DNA of 64,000 nt from an uncultured Candidatus Binatia bacterium. Its GTDB lineage: Bacteria > Desulfobacterota > Binatia > Bin18. The notes below the pieces were generated by a model, which did not search any database, had not been told where the DNA came from, and saw only the letters and a list, made by a program, of their open reading frames with translations. The stretch lies in assembly GCA_965214605.1 (NCBI GenBank), contig OZ243961.1:1568001-1632000 (forward strand), in the 5' to 3' direction. Shown here piece after piece: positions 46,800 through 57,207 of this stretch; position 1 is the first letter of the stretch, and each line of letters begins with the position of its first letter. The position numbers and the translations under genes were made by a program.

Positions 46800-48311
46800 C
46801 TAGCCGAGAAAGAAACGGGTCGAGCGGTCGGCAAAATCAAAAACTGGAGCCCAGTAAACGCCTAAGACAATCGTAGCAACACTTAATAGGGCCAAGATTG
46901 AGCCGTTATGCAGGTCAAGCCTCACCTCGCCCTCTACTCCAACCGGATTGTCAAGAAACATCGCCCTCACAATACGGGCATAGTAGTACAGAGAGACAAC
47001 ACTATTGAGAATGCCGACGACAGCGAGATAGTAGAACTCTTCTTTGATGACCGCGGCAAACAGATAGAACTTGCCGATGAATCCACCTAGTGGGGGTAGA
47101 CCCGTCAAAGAGAACAGGAAAACCCCCATCGCAATAGCCGGCAGCGCTCCCCCACGCCACGCCAGACCCCGGAATCCGTCAAGGTCCTCGCGCCCGGTAT
47201 TATTGGCCACGACAAGAACGACGACAAAAGAGCCCAGAGTCATCAGATAGTAGACAATCAGGTAGAACAGCATCGCCCGCAAACCGTCGTTGCTCAAGAC
47301 CACAAATCCCATCAGGATATAGCCCGCATGGGCGATGCTAGAGTAGGCCAACAGACGTTTCACATTGCTTTGATTCAGCGCAGCTAAATTTCCCAGCGTC
47401 ATGGTGATCATAGCGATCACCAGCATAAACTGCGGCCATTCCACTCCGGGCAGGAACTGCCAGACCCCATTGTCACCCAGCTGCGAGAGAGCGGGGTAGA
47501 AGAAGCGTATCAGCAACGCGAATCCGGCCGCCTTTGAGCCAACCGCCAAGAAGGCTGTGACCGGAATAGGCGCGCCGTGATAGACATCGGGGGCCCACAT
47601 ATGGAAAGGCACGGCCGAGATTTTATAGCCAAATCCGGCCAGAATGAGCACGAGCGCAATGAAAACCGTTAGTTGATCGGGGTTACCCTGAAACAGAGCG
47701 GTATTAATCTCAGCATAGTCCAGGCTGCCGGCCAGACCGAAAATCCAGCTCATGCCATAGATCATCGTGCCCGAAGCCACCCCCCCATAGATCAGGTATT
47801 TCAGCGCAGCTTCGCCAGAGCGACGGTTCTGCCGCAGATAGCCAGTGAGGATATACGAGGTGAGGCTGACAAATTCGAGCGCCACATAGGCAATCAGTAA
47901 ATTTGTCGCCGAGGCCATGAAAAACATGCCTAGGGTGCTAGCCAACAGGATGGCGTAATACTCGCCCTGATCGGAGTCACGGATCTCTCGTGAGCTCAAA
48001 GACATCCAGATCGCTCCCACGGCAGATAGCGACAGGATCACCTTGAAGAAAATCGCAAAATTATCAATCGCCACCATGCGGTGAAACAGCCAGCCTTCAC
48101 CAGCTCCGGGAAGACCAGCAATCAGGCGAAACCCAAACACGGACAGCCCGGAGGTAAAGACGAGGGCCATGGTCACGCCAATCAGGGCAACATTTCCCAA
48201 CCGTTCCTTTTCTTCAACGAACAGATCTGCAATGAAAATAACCAGAATGGCCAGGACGAGAATCCCTTCAGGGTAGAAATACGGGAGGCTCTCAATACTT
48301 CCAAGATTCAT
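46800..48311 (-). CDS. nuoN: NADH-quinone oxidoreductase subunit N
   Basis: EAALKY, KISAVPFHMWAPDVY, KRLLAYSSIAHAGY. Confidence 0.96.
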   Translation of the reverse strand: MNLGSIESLPYFYPEGILVLAILVIFIADLFVEEKERLGNVALIGVTMALVFTSGLSVFGFRLIAGLPGAGEGWLFHRMVAIDNFAIFFKVILSLSAVGAIWMSLSSREIRDSDQGEYYAILLASTLGMFFMASATNLLIAYVALEFVSLTSYILTGYLRQNRRSGEAALKYLIYGGVASGTMIYGMSWIFGLAGSLDYAEINTALFQGNPDQLTVFIALVLILAGFGYKISAVPFHMWAPDVYHGAPIPVTAFLAVGSKAAGFALLIRFFYPALSQLGDNGVWQFLPGVEWPQFMLVIAMITMTLGNLAALNQSNVKRLLAYSSIAHAGYILMGFVVLSNDGLRAMLFYLIVYYLMTLGSFVVVLVVANNTGREDLDGFRGLAWRGGALPAIAMGVFLFSLTGLPPLGGFIGKFYLFAAVIKEEFYYLAVVGILNSVVSLYYYARIVRAMFLDNPVGVEGEVRLDLHNGSILALLSVATIVLGVYWAPVFDFADRSTRFFLG

Positions 48312-48341
48312 AGTACGCTCCGCGGGCTTAGACCTGCGCGG

Positions 48342-49883
48342 CTAACGGAGCGCAACCGCGCCGTCCGAGACCGCCGCCTCGATAAGACTGTTTAAATGCT
48401 GGAGCGAAGCATTCATCAGATCCAGGACGGCGTGCGGGTAAACCCCGAGGATAATCACAATCGCCCCTAGTGGGACCAAGGTGCTGAGTTCGCGATTCGA
48501 GATCTCGCTCAGATGCATCTCTTCATAGTCATCCCTGGGCTGACCAAGGAACATCTGTTGGATCGTCCACAGCAGATACGCAGCGGTAAAAATGATGGTT
48601 ACTGCGCCCAAGATAGTGGGAATCTTATACTGCTGCCACGCTCCAAGCAGCACCAGAACCTCGGAGATAAAGGCTGACAGTCCAGGTAACCCCATCGCAG
48701 CAAAGAAGGCCAGGGCGACGACCCCAGTATAGACGGGCATGACTGAAGCAAGTCCACCAAAGCCATCGATCCGGCGATGATGGGCGCGATCATAGATCAC
48801 CCCGACCAATAGGAAGAGCATGGCGGTAATCGTTCCGTGGTTAAACATCTGGAGCACCGCTCCGTTGATGCCCTGGGGGGTGAAGGATGCCATGCCCAGC
48901 ATGACATAGCCCATATGGCTGATGCTGGAATACGCCACCAGCTTTTTCAGGTCTTTGGGTTCATTGAAGCATTGGGCCAACGCGCAGAACGCTCCGTAAA
49001 TAATATTCCAGGCACCAAGCGCGGCCAGAAAATAGGGAGCGAGCAGAAAGGTTTCTGCCGGTAACAACGGATAATTAATCCGCAGAATGCCATACGTACC
49101 CATTTTCAGCAGCACTCCAGCCAGAATAACAGAAATAGCCGTTGGGGCTTCGACGTGCGCATCGGGCAGCCAGGTATGCAGAGGAAAGGCCGGAATCTTG
49201 ACCGCAAAATTGATGAAGAGTGCAACCCACAAGATCTGCCCCATGGTCATGCCAAACAGGACCGGATCAGCCCCGAACGTCTTTGCCGCCTCGGGAAGCT
49301 TGGTCAGATCAAAAGAGAAGCCGGACTGGAAGTAGAAGACGAGCATGGCGACGAGCATCAGCACGCTGCCGAACATCGTGTACAAAAAAAACTTGATCGC
49401 CGCGTACTCCCGACGCGGCCCTCCCCAGATACCGATCAGAAAGTACATCGGGATCAGCATCAACTCCCAGAAGATGTAGAACAGAAAGAAGTCTAGGGCG
49501 CAAAACACGCCAACCATTGCAGTGTCAAGCAGTAAAAATAGGGCAAAATAGGCTTTAACCGCCCGGTCGATCTCCCAGGAGGCCAGAATGCAAATAGGAC
49601 ACAGCAGTACCGACAGGAGCACCATGGTGATGCTCACTCCGTCAATACCTACAAAATAGTAAATATTAAACGAGGTAATCCACGGTACCTGGACCACAAA
49701 CTGTAAGCCGGTATTGGAACCGTCAAAGGCCGCATACAGGTAGATACCACACAGCAGGGGAGGAATGGTAAATCCCAGAGCAACCCTTTTGATCAGCTCA
49801 TGCGCCTGGCTCGGCAGACACCACAGAGCGATCATCCCTAGCAAGGGGAAGAAAATAATCAGCGTTAACACATAACTTTCCAT
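48342..49883 (-). CDS. nuoM: NADH-quinone oxidoreductase subunit M
   Basis: FWELMLIP, PLHTWLPDAHVEAPT, LLKMG. Confidence 0.96.
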   Translation of the reverse strand: MESYVLTLIIFFPLLGMIALWCLPSQAHELIKRVALGFTIPPLLCGIYLYAAFDGSNTGLQFVVQVPWITSFNIYYFVGIDGVSITMVLLSVLLCPICILASWEIDRAVKAYFALFLLLDTAMVGVFCALDFFLFYIFWELMLIPMYFLIGIWGGPRREYAAIKFFLYTMFGSVLMLVAMLVFYFQSGFSFDLTKLPEAAKTFGADPVLFGMTMGQILWVALFINFAVKIPAFPLHTWLPDAHVEAPTAISVILAGVLLKMGTYGILRINYPLLPAETFLLAPYFLAALGAWNIIYGAFCALAQCFNEPKDLKKLVAYSSISHMGYVMLGMASFTPQGINGAVLQMFNHGTITAMLFLLVGVIYDRAHHRRIDGFGGLASVMPVYTGVVALAFFAAMGLPGLSAFISEVLVLLGAWQQYKIPTILGAVTIIFTAAYLLWTIQQMFLGQPRDDYEEMHLSEISNRELSTLVPLGAIVIILGVYPHAVLDLMNASLQHLNSLIEAAVSDGAVALR

Positions 49884-49918
49884 GGAGACTCCTCAAGCTT
49901 CCTCGAGCCTCACCGCCC

Positions 49919-52108
49919 TCAAACAGTATTCTCCTGGGTCGGCGCCGGACGGGCTGGACGGCGGGGAGCGAACAGCGCAATCAAACCGATCACCACCAGC
50001 ACGACAACGAGGGTGAGAGCGACGTTGATCAGCATCTGAGGCGCCAAGCGCGGCAGGAACTGCGCCACCGCTACACCGCCAACAATCACGTATAAGTAGA
50101 CATTAATGCCGCCCGTTTGGACCCGACGGAGACGATTGCCTATGGCAAAGGTCGCATTGGCGGTAATATTAATAAGCCCGTCAATAATACCATTATCAAA
50201 CATGCCAACGATCGACCCGACCCCAGATATGACCTTCGCCGTCCCATCCACAATGCCGTCAATGACGATCCGATCAAAGGCCGACCACAGCCGTGACACA
50301 AAGAGCGAAAAGCGAACGAAGGTCGCCGCGTAGATCTCGTCAATATAGTACTTATTAAAAACGGTCGTATACAGCCATCCCCCGCCCACCGACGCGAACA
50401 CGTCTGGCGACAGGGTCTTCCAGTAGTACAGTCTGGCCGACAGAAAGACGCCCAACAGGGCAATCCCCACCGACGCCAACATCAACACATACTCCATGAC
50501 AGGCGCCCCGTGACCGTGCGCCGCCCCAGCGTCATGCCCGCTGACGTGACCCGTCCCAGCAAAAACCGGCTCCAACCACTGCTCAAAGCGCAGACTCCCA
50601 CCTAGGGCGTGAGGGATACCTAATAGGCCGACCAGGACTGCACCGGCGGCCAGGACAATAAGCGGATAGGTCATCACCGGCGGAGATTCATGCAGATGTT
50701 CTTGGGTATGGGAGTCGGCCCGATTCTCACCGAAGAAGACCAGGAAAACCTGACGACCCATGTAGAAAGCGGTCATGCCAGCGCCGAGGAATCCTAAAAG
50801 CCACAGCACCTGATGCCCCCCCGAAAAGGTCTTCCACAGAATTTCGTCTTTCGAGAAAAACCCGGAGAAAGGCGGCAGACCCATTAATGCCAGGGTTGAA
50901 ATCAGGAACGTCCAATAGGTGGTCGGCATCTTATCTTTGAGACCGCCCATCTTCCGCATATCCTGCTCATCACCCATAGCATGAATCACGCTCCCCGAAC
51001 CAAGAAACAAGCATGCTTTAAAAAACGCGTGGGTAAAGACATGAAAGAAGGCCGCCGCGTACGCCCCCACCCCAACCCCGAGGACCATATAGCCCAGCTG
51101 GCTGACGGTCGAGTAGGCGAGCACCTTCTTAATATCGTTCTGGGCCAGACCAATAGTTGCGGCAAACACCGCGGTCAGCGCCCCAACCGTGGCGATGATC
51201 TGGAGTGCGGTCGGTGACAGCGAGAACAGGAAGTGCATCCGGCACATCATATAGACCCCGGCCGTCACCATCGTTGCCGCGTGTATGAGTGCGCTGACAG
51301 GGGTCGGCCCGGCCATGGCATCGGGCAGCCACACATAGAGCGGAATCTGGGCGGATTTCCCTGCCGCGCCAATAAACAGAAAGAGGGCAACCAGAGTCGC
51401 AGCAGACACACCGAAAACCGCTACCTGTGGATCAGTGAGGACTCCAGCATGGGCTTCCATCTCCCGGAACACAGCGGAGCCGTGGCCCATAGAGCTGAGA
51501 GCCCAGAAGGCGGTGAAGATACCTAGGGTGAAGCCGGCATCGCCTATCCGGTTGACAATAAAGGCTTTGTTTGCCGCCGAGGTATTGGCCTGCTCCTTAT
51601 ACCAGAAGCCGATCAGCGCGTATGAACACAAGCCGACCCCCTCCCAGCCGACAAACAACAACAGCATATTGTCGGCCAAGACCAGGGTTAGCATGGCAGC
51701 GGTGAACAGATTCAAGAAGGTAAAAAAGCGCCAGTAGGCATCATCATCGTGCATATAGCCGATGGAGTAGATGTGGATCAGCCCACCAATGCCAGTCACA
51801 ACTAGAATCATGACCGCCGAGAGCGGGTCGATCCAAAAGGCGATATTCACTTGCAGATCGCCGAGGTCGATCCAGCGCAGGGTGGTGTCCAGCAGAAAAC
51901 GCTGGGCCGGTTCGAGGTTATACACCTGAACAAAAGCCACCAGCGACAGCACAAAAGATATGCCAACCGCACCAACCGCGATACAGTGATTGGCCGTCTT
52001 GCCAAGATGCTTTTGGATAAGAGCGCCACCTATCCCGTTGATGATGGCCCCCAGCAGCGGGAAGAGGACGATCCAGCGCAAATACGAGACAAGGACGGGA
52101 TGCTCCAT
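49919..52108 (-). CDS. nuoL: NADH-quinone oxidoreductase subunit L (extended HL helix, extra C-terminal TM)
   Basis: GWEGVG, KSAQIPL, WLPDAMAGPTPVSALIHAATMV, HAFFKA. Confidence 0.96.
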   Translation of the reverse strand: MEHPVLVSYLRWIVLFPLLGAIINGIGGALIQKHLGKTANHCIAVGAVGISFVLSLVAFVQVYNLEPAQRFLLDTTLRWIDLGDLQVNIAFWIDPLSAVMILVVTGIGGLIHIYSIGYMHDDDAYWRFFTFLNLFTAAMLTLVLADNMLLLFVGWEGVGLCSYALIGFWYKEQANTSAANKAFIVNRIGDAGFTLGIFTAFWALSSMGHGSAVFREMEAHAGVLTDPQVAVFGVSAATLVALFLFIGAAGKSAQIPLYVWLPDAMAGPTPVSALIHAATMVTAGVYMMCRMHFLFSLSPTALQIIATVGALTAVFAATIGLAQNDIKKVLAYSTVSQLGYMVLGVGVGAYAAAFFHVFTHAFFKACLFLGSGSVIHAMGDEQDMRKMGGLKDKMPTTYWTFLISTLALMGLPPFSGFFSKDEILWKTFSGGHQVLWLLGFLGAGMTAFYMGRQVFLVFFGENRADSHTQEHLHESPPVMTYPLIVLAAGAVLVGLLGIPHALGGSLRFEQWLEPVFAGTGHVSGHDAGAAHGHGAPVMEYVLMLASVGIALLGVFLSARLYYWKTLSPDVFASVGGGWLYTTVFNKYYIDEIYAATFVRFSLFVSRLWSAFDRIVIDGIVDGTAKVISGVGSIVGMFDNGIIDGLINITANATFAIGNRLRRVQTGGINVYLYVIVGGVAVAQFLPRLAPQMLINVALTLVVVLVVIGLIALFAPRRPARPAPTQENTV

Positions 52109-52111
52109 AGC

Positions 52112-52435
52112 TTAGCCCTGCAGACGGTCGGTTGCCTCAACGTCAATCGTTGAAAAGTTTTGGTAGATGCCAAGCACGATCGCTAAGCCGATCACGGCTT
52201 CCGCGGCCGCCAGCATAATCACAAAGACCGAGAATACCTGACCGTCATACTCGCCAGAAGAGTAATGCGAAAAGGCGATATAGTTGATATTGGCCGAGTT
52301 CAAGATCAGCTCCACACCGAGCAGAATCCCGATCGCGTTCCTGCGGGTCAGAACACAATAAAGGCCAAGCGCGAAGATGATCAAACTGACGAGCAAAAAG
52401 TGGCGGAGCCCGATAGCGAGCAGAACTTCGTCCAT
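52112..52435 (-). CDS. nuoK: NADH-quinone oxidoreductase subunit K
   Basis: RRNAI...VELILN...AAAEAVIGLA. Confidence 0.96.
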   Translation of the reverse strand: MDEVLLAIGLRHFLLVSLIIFALGLYCVLTRRNAIGILLGVELILNSANINYIAFSHYSSGEYDGQVFSVFVIMLAAAEAVIGLAIVLGIYQNFSTIDVEATDRLQG

Positions 52436-52515
52436 AACCGTCCGTTCAGCGTAGAAGGTGAGAGAAAAGTCGTCCCCTCATAAAGGGGAATGGGCAAAAA
52501 ATCAAGGGAGGTCGG

Positions 52516-53025
52516 TTACGATGTCGGCGTCTGTCCGCGGATTTCCTTGCGCGATATGACGATCGCCCCAATTAGTGCCACTAACAGCACGACCGATGCC
52601 AGTTCAAAAGGCAAGATATACGGGCCCAGGAACGCCTGCCCAATACCAGCAGTGGTCGGTTCAGCCGACGTCGTAGCGAGGTGGCTCCAGTTCGCCCCGA
52701 CCACACACGTCCCCATAACCCCGGTGACAAGGACTACAAAGATCAGCGCCGGGACAGGCCCGACCACGCGGTTTGATATGGCGACATCAGAAATACGGTG
52801 GGTCAGCATGACCGCGAAAATCAGCAGTACCAGAATCCCACCAACATAGGTGAGGATTTGGACAATGGCGACGAAGTCCGCTGCCAACATGGCGTACATG
52901 CCAGCCACCCCGAGCAAAGTCCCGAGTAAGGCAAAGGCTGAATAGACCAGGTTTCGTGAAAAGGCAACAATAGCGGCCGAGCCAATGGTCACCCCGGCAA
53001 TCAAATAAAAGACCAGTGCACTCAT
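52516..53025 (-). CDS. nuoJ: NADH-quinone oxidoreductase subunit J
   Basis: QILTYVGGILVL, PFELASVVLL. Confidence 0.95.
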   Translation of the reverse strand: MSALVFYLIAGVTIGSAAIVAFSRNLVYSAFALLGTLLGVAGMYAMLAADFVAIVQILTYVGGILVLLIFAVMLTHRISDVAISNRVVGPVPALIFVVLVTGVMGTCVVGANWSHLATTSAEPTTAGIGQAFLGPYILPFELASVVLLVALIGAIVISRKEIRGQTPTS

Positions 53026-53057
53026 AATAGCGGTTCTCGGGCTCTGCCCCCCGCGCT

Positions 53058-53663
53058 CTAGGCTGCGTTGTCGGACGCTTTTTCGGCTTCTTCCTGTCGG
53101 GCAGCCTTATATCTTTTCATATCAATCGGCTCCGCATAATCCGCGATATAGGCTAGACCACGTTCCAAAATCGGAGCAATTGCAGGATCGGTTTCTTCCC
53201 CCTTTTTGGCCTTATAGGCAGCAACCGGGGCGGCCACATAGTGGCGAATCAAACTTTCCAGGGAGTAATCGGCGCCTTCAAACTCGGTCGTATGGTGAAT
53301 CGATCCGGTTGGACAGGCTTCGCTGCATAAGCCGCAGTACATGCACTTGGCAATATCAATGTCAAAGCGGACAAGGTCCATCTGACGGGTTTTCGGATCT
53401 TTTGGAGCGTCAATAACAATGCAGTCAATCGGACACGCCCGCTCACAGGCCAGACAGCCGGTACAAATTTCGAGATCAACCGCCAAAATGCCCCGATAGC
53501 GGGGAGGGAGGGTATCCTGAACCCGGACAGGTGTGCGGTCCGGATACTGGATGGTGTACGGCTTACGTACAAAATGCGAACAGGTGATGCTCATCCCCTC
53601 AAAAATCGTGGTAACCGCGTCGGAGAGATTTTTGAAGTAGCGACGAACGCTCGTATTCGCCAT
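53058..53663 (-). CDS. nuoI: NADH-quinone oxidoreductase subunit I (2x[4Fe-4S])
   Basis: TIQYP, CTGCLACERACP, CMYCGLCSEACP. Confidence 0.95.
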   Translation of the reverse strand: MANTSVRRYFKNLSDAVTTIFEGMSITCSHFVRKPYTIQYPDRTPVRVQDTLPPRYRGILAVDLEICTGCLACERACPIDCIVIDAPKDPKTRQMDLVRFDIDIAKCMYCGLCSEACPTGSIHHTTEFEGADYSLESLIRHYVAAPVAAYKAKKGEETDPAIAPILERGLAYIADYAEPIDMKRYKAARQEEAEKASDNAA

Positions 53664-53672
53664 ACCACACTC

Positions 53673-54860
53673 CTAAATAGCCGGGTTAAAGTACAGCTCA
53701 GGCCGGGCGCGCCGGATATGGAAAACGACCCGTCGAAAGAACTGCACGACAATGACGACAAACACTAGGCACATCAGATACCGCAGCCAGCTACTGCCGT
53801 GCGGCCAGATAACCATGAGGACTGCCGTGCCCACAATATTGATGAAGCCAATCGGCACCAAATACTTCCAACACAGCGACATCAGCTGATCGACCCGAAC
53901 GCGCGGCAGGGTTGCCCGCAGCCACATGGCAAGAAATGCCCAGAAGTAGGACTTGAGGAAAAACACCGCGAACTGCGAAATATTCAGCAGCACGACATTG
54001 TCGGTCCAGATCGGCACATGCCAACCACCCAGAAACAAGGTCGTCATCACCGCCCCGATCACATACAGCGTACCCCATTCGGCCAGGAAGAACAGCGCAA
54101 AACGTATTCCGCTATATTCGGTCGCAAAGCCGGCTACCAACTCAGATTCGGCTTCCGGAATGTCGAATGGGGTACGGTTCGCTTCGGCCAGAGCCGACAC
54201 ATAGAAGATCAGGGCGGCAATAAAGGTGAACGGGTTATGAAACGCGTACCAATCCCACGGAGCCCAGCCCTGCTGCTGGATAATGCCCTGCATGCTCAGC
54301 GTACCGGCTAGCAAAACAATGGGGACAATGGCCAATCCGGCCGGGATTTCGTAGCTGATGACCTGAGCAGCAGAACGAATCCCGCCTAACAACGACCATT
54401 TGTTATTCGACGCCCAGCCCGCCATCAGCACCCCAACCACCGACAGAGCGGTCATGGCTGTCAGGTACAGAATACCCACGTTTAGATCGGCAATGATCAG
54501 ACTGCTGCTAAAGGGCACAACCACAAAGGTAGCGACAAAGCCCCACACCAGCAGATAGGGGGCAAACCGAAACAATGGACGGTCGGCGGCGTCAGGAACA
54601 ATGTCCTCTTTGAGGATATTCTTGAGCCCATCGGCAATGCCCTGCAACACCCCTTGGGGACCAACTCGGTTCGGCCCGATGCGTGACTGAATACGCGACC
54701 ACACCCGACGCTCAAGCCAGACCGTGATCGGCACCATCGGCATCACAAAGCCAAACACAAGGATCAGCCCGAACACCAGCATTCCCCCGGCATACACCAC
54801 GTCTGCAGGCACCCCGGCAAACCACCCGTTGGTCATTAATCTGTCAAAGAGTCCCTGCAT
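53673..54860 (-). CDS. nuoH: NADH-quinone oxidoreductase subunit H
   Basis: GPNRVGP, ADGLK, NRTPFDIPEAESELVAG. Confidence 0.97.
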   Translation of the reverse strand: MQGLFDRLMTNGWFAGVPADVVYAGGMLVFGLILVFGFVMPMVPITVWLERRVWSRIQSRIGPNRVGPQGVLQGIADGLKNILKEDIVPDAADRPLFRFAPYLLVWGFVATFVVVPFSSSLIIADLNVGILYLTAMTALSVVGVLMAGWASNNKWSLLGGIRSAAQVISYEIPAGLAIVPIVLLAGTLSMQGIIQQQGWAPWDWYAFHNPFTFIAALIFYVSALAEANRTPFDIPEAESELVAGFATEYSGIRFALFFLAEWGTLYVIGAVMTTLFLGGWHVPIWTDNVVLLNISQFAVFFLKSYFWAFLAMWLRATLPRVRVDQLMSLCWKYLVPIGFINIVGTAVLMVIWPHGSSWLRYLMCLVFVVIVVQFFRRVVFHIRRARPELYFNPAI

Positions 54861-54915
54861 GGCGTCGCTCTGCCTACCCTACTCGTCCACTTTTGTCTAG
54901 GTCACCAACCGACGG

Positions 54916-56070
54916 CTAGCGGTCGACCTCCGGCGCGACCACATCAAAACTGGCAATCAGGGCAATCAGGTCGGCGATCATCAGGCCCTGGCTGACTTTA
55001 TCAACAATACTCATGGCAGAGAACGAGCCGGTTCGGATCTTGGTCCGGTACGGAAACTCAGTCCCGTCACTCACCACGTACCAGCCCATATCGCCCCGCG
55101 AGCCTTCAATCCGCACATAGACGTCGCCGGCCGGCGGCTTGAGCTTACGCGGGACTTTTGCCAACACCGGCCCATCGGGGATCATCGCCAGACACTGTCG
55201 TACAATTTTGCAGCATTCCTTGAGTTCTCGGATACGGGTCATATAGCGGTCAAAACAGTCGCCCAGTTGACCCATCTCCCCGGTGCCGACCGGAATATCA
55301 AAATCTAGCTCCGAATAGATCGAATACGGCTCATCACGACGCACGTCGTATTTGATCCCGCAGGCGCGCAGATTTGGTCCGACCAGATTATAGTTAATCG
55401 CGTCCTCTCTGCTCACCACCGCCACATTGGCTAAACGTTCCACATAAATCTTGTTGTACGAGATGAGGTCGTTATACTCGTCAACCAATGGCTCAAACTG
55501 ATCCACAAAGGCGAGGACGTTGTCAGCATAATTCGGCGGCAAATCCCAGGCCACACCACCGACTCGCATATAGTTGAAGGTGAGTCGCGCCCCACATAAC
55601 TCTTCTAGCAGATTGTTAATTTTCTCCCGCTCACGGATGGCGTGCAGAAAAGGCGTATAGCCACCGATATCCATGACCATCGTCCCGACCGAGAGCAAAT
55701 GGCTCGCCATCCGGCCCAGCTCACAAGCAATCACCCGACAGAACTCACCCCGTCTGGGCACCTCAATACCGGCCAGCCGTTCGCACGCCATACCCCAGCC
55801 CTGGTTACACTGCATGGCCGACACATAATCGACCCGATCAGTGTAGGGCATAAAACCGTGGTAGCCGACCTTTTCGGAAATTTTTTCAATGGAGCGATGG
55901 AGATAGCCGATGTCAGGAATAGCGGTGCGCATGACCTCGCCGTCCGCCTTTACCACAAAGCGCAGCACGCCGTGCGTGCTCGGGTGCTGAGGGCCCATAT
56001 TCAGGGTCATTTCTTCGGTGGCCAGTCCCTCTCCACGTTGGACCTCAACCTCATAACCTGCCAGACTCAT
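54916..56070 (-). CDS. nuoD: NADH-quinone oxidoreductase subunit D
   Basis: [26 protein letters not shown]; no NiFe CxxC ligands. Confidence 0.96.
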   Translation of the reverse strand: MSLAGYEVEVQRGEGLATEEMTLNMGPQHPSTHGVLRFVVKADGEVMRTAIPDIGYLHRSIEKISEKVGYHGFMPYTDRVDYVSAMQCNQGWGMACERLAGIEVPRRGEFCRVIACELGRMASHLLSVGTMVMDIGGYTPFLHAIREREKINNLLEELCGARLTFNYMRVGGVAWDLPPNYADNVLAFVDQFEPLVDEYNDLISYNKIYVERLANVAVVSREDAINYNLVGPNLRACGIKYDVRRDEPYSIYSELDFDIPVGTGEMGQLGDCFDRYMTRIRELKECCKIVRQCLAMIPDGPVLAKVPRKLKPPAGDVYVRIEGSRGDMGWYVVSDGTEFPYRTKIRTGSFSAMSIVDKVSQGLMIADLIALIASFDVVAPEVDR

Positions 56071-56129
56071 ACCATTCTCCTGTGGTCAGCGGTTTTGACG
56101 AACAATGCTCAGATTCGAGCCAAACCGTG

Positions 56130-56636
56130 TCACTTGAGCAGACTCTCGCGCCGGGTGCTAATGCCGTGGTACTCTTCGGGCTCCACAAAATCTTTGCGTA
56201 GCGGATGCCCAACCCAGTCTTCCGGCATGAGCAGACGGCGCAGATCTGAATGGCCGGTGAAATTGACCCCAAGCAAGTCGTAAATTTCACGCTCTAGCCA
56301 GTTTGCCGCCTTCCACACGTCTTCAACCGAAGGCATCTCGGGCGCATCCCGCGGGACATCGACTTTTAGCACGATCTGATGCCGGTGGGGGTATGAGTAC
56401 AGGTGCAGCACTACCTGGATTTTCGCGTCTTTGATGAGATCGACGCCTGACATGTTTGACAAACAGTCAAAGGCCAAATCAGCCTCCTGTTTGAGAAAAC
56501 GGCAGATGTCGGCCGTCAGCTTGGGCTGAATACTACAGTACGGATTCAGCGCTTCCTCGTCACGGGAGACAAGAGCCTCGGCACCAAAACGCTCGGTGAT
56601 TTTATGGAAAATATCGGTTGGGGACATAGAAATCAC
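56130..56636 (-). CDS. nuoC: NADH-quinone oxidoreductase subunit C
   Basis: ANWLEREIYDLLG, GHPLRKD. Confidence 0.95.
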   Translation of the reverse strand: MISMSPTDIFHKITERFGAEALVSRDEEALNPYCSIQPKLTADICRFLKQEADLAFDCLSNMSGVDLIKDAKIQVVLHLYSYPHRHQIVLKVDVPRDAPEMPSVEDVWKAANWLEREIYDLLGVNFTGHSDLRRLLMPEDWVGHPLRKDFVEPEEYHGISTRRESLLK

Positions 56637-56669
56637 ACAGACAGGAGGTCAGCTGTGGGCCACATGGGA

Positions 56670-57173
56670 TTATGCTGCTTGGATTTGGGCCGGCGCTTTT
56701 TTCACCAACCAGCGTTCTTGCATCATCTTTTCCTGGAGTTTGAGCAAACCTTCGGTCAAAGCCTCGGGTCTGGGTGGACAGCCAGGTACGTACACATCAA
56801 CCGGAATCACTTTATCCACCCCGTCACATACCGAGTAGGCGAGCTGAAACAGACCTCCACAGTTCGAACAGCTGCCCATCGAAATCACATATTTTGGATC
56901 GGGCATCTGGTCGTACAGCACCTTGGTGCGGAGCGCCATTTTGAGGGTCAGTGTTCCAGCAATAATCATCATGTCGGACTGTCTCGGTGTCGCCCGAGGC
57001 GCCGCTCCAAACCGCTCTAAATCGGCCCGTGGTCCACCGGTTTGCATCATCTCGATGGCACAACACGCCAGACCAAACAGCATATACCACACCGAAGATT
57101 TCCGAGTCCAATTCAGAACCTCGTCAACCTTTGTGGTAATCACCATCTCCGGTACACTATTGACAAGCGACAT
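56670..57173 (-). CDS. nuoB: NADH-quinone oxidoreductase subunit B
   Basis: [23 protein letters not shown]. Confidence 0.96.
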   Translation of the reverse strand: MSLVNSVPEMVITTKVDEVLNWTRKSSVWYMLFGLACCAIEMMQTGGPRADLERFGAAPRATPRQSDMMIIAGTLTLKMALRTKVLYDQMPDPKYVISMGSCSNCGGLFQLAYSVCDGVDKVIPVDVYVPGCPPRPEALTEGLLKLQEKMMQERWLVKKAPAQIQAA

Positions 57174-57207
57174 GAATCCTCCTCAATACGCTCTCGAGCG
57201 CAGTCTC

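Noticed and set aside
52473-52489. TCCCCT/AGGGGA hairpin between nuoJ and nuoK as a terminator
   Set aside because: Only a 6-bp stem and the T run is offset by 4 nt; mid-operon position makes termination unlikely
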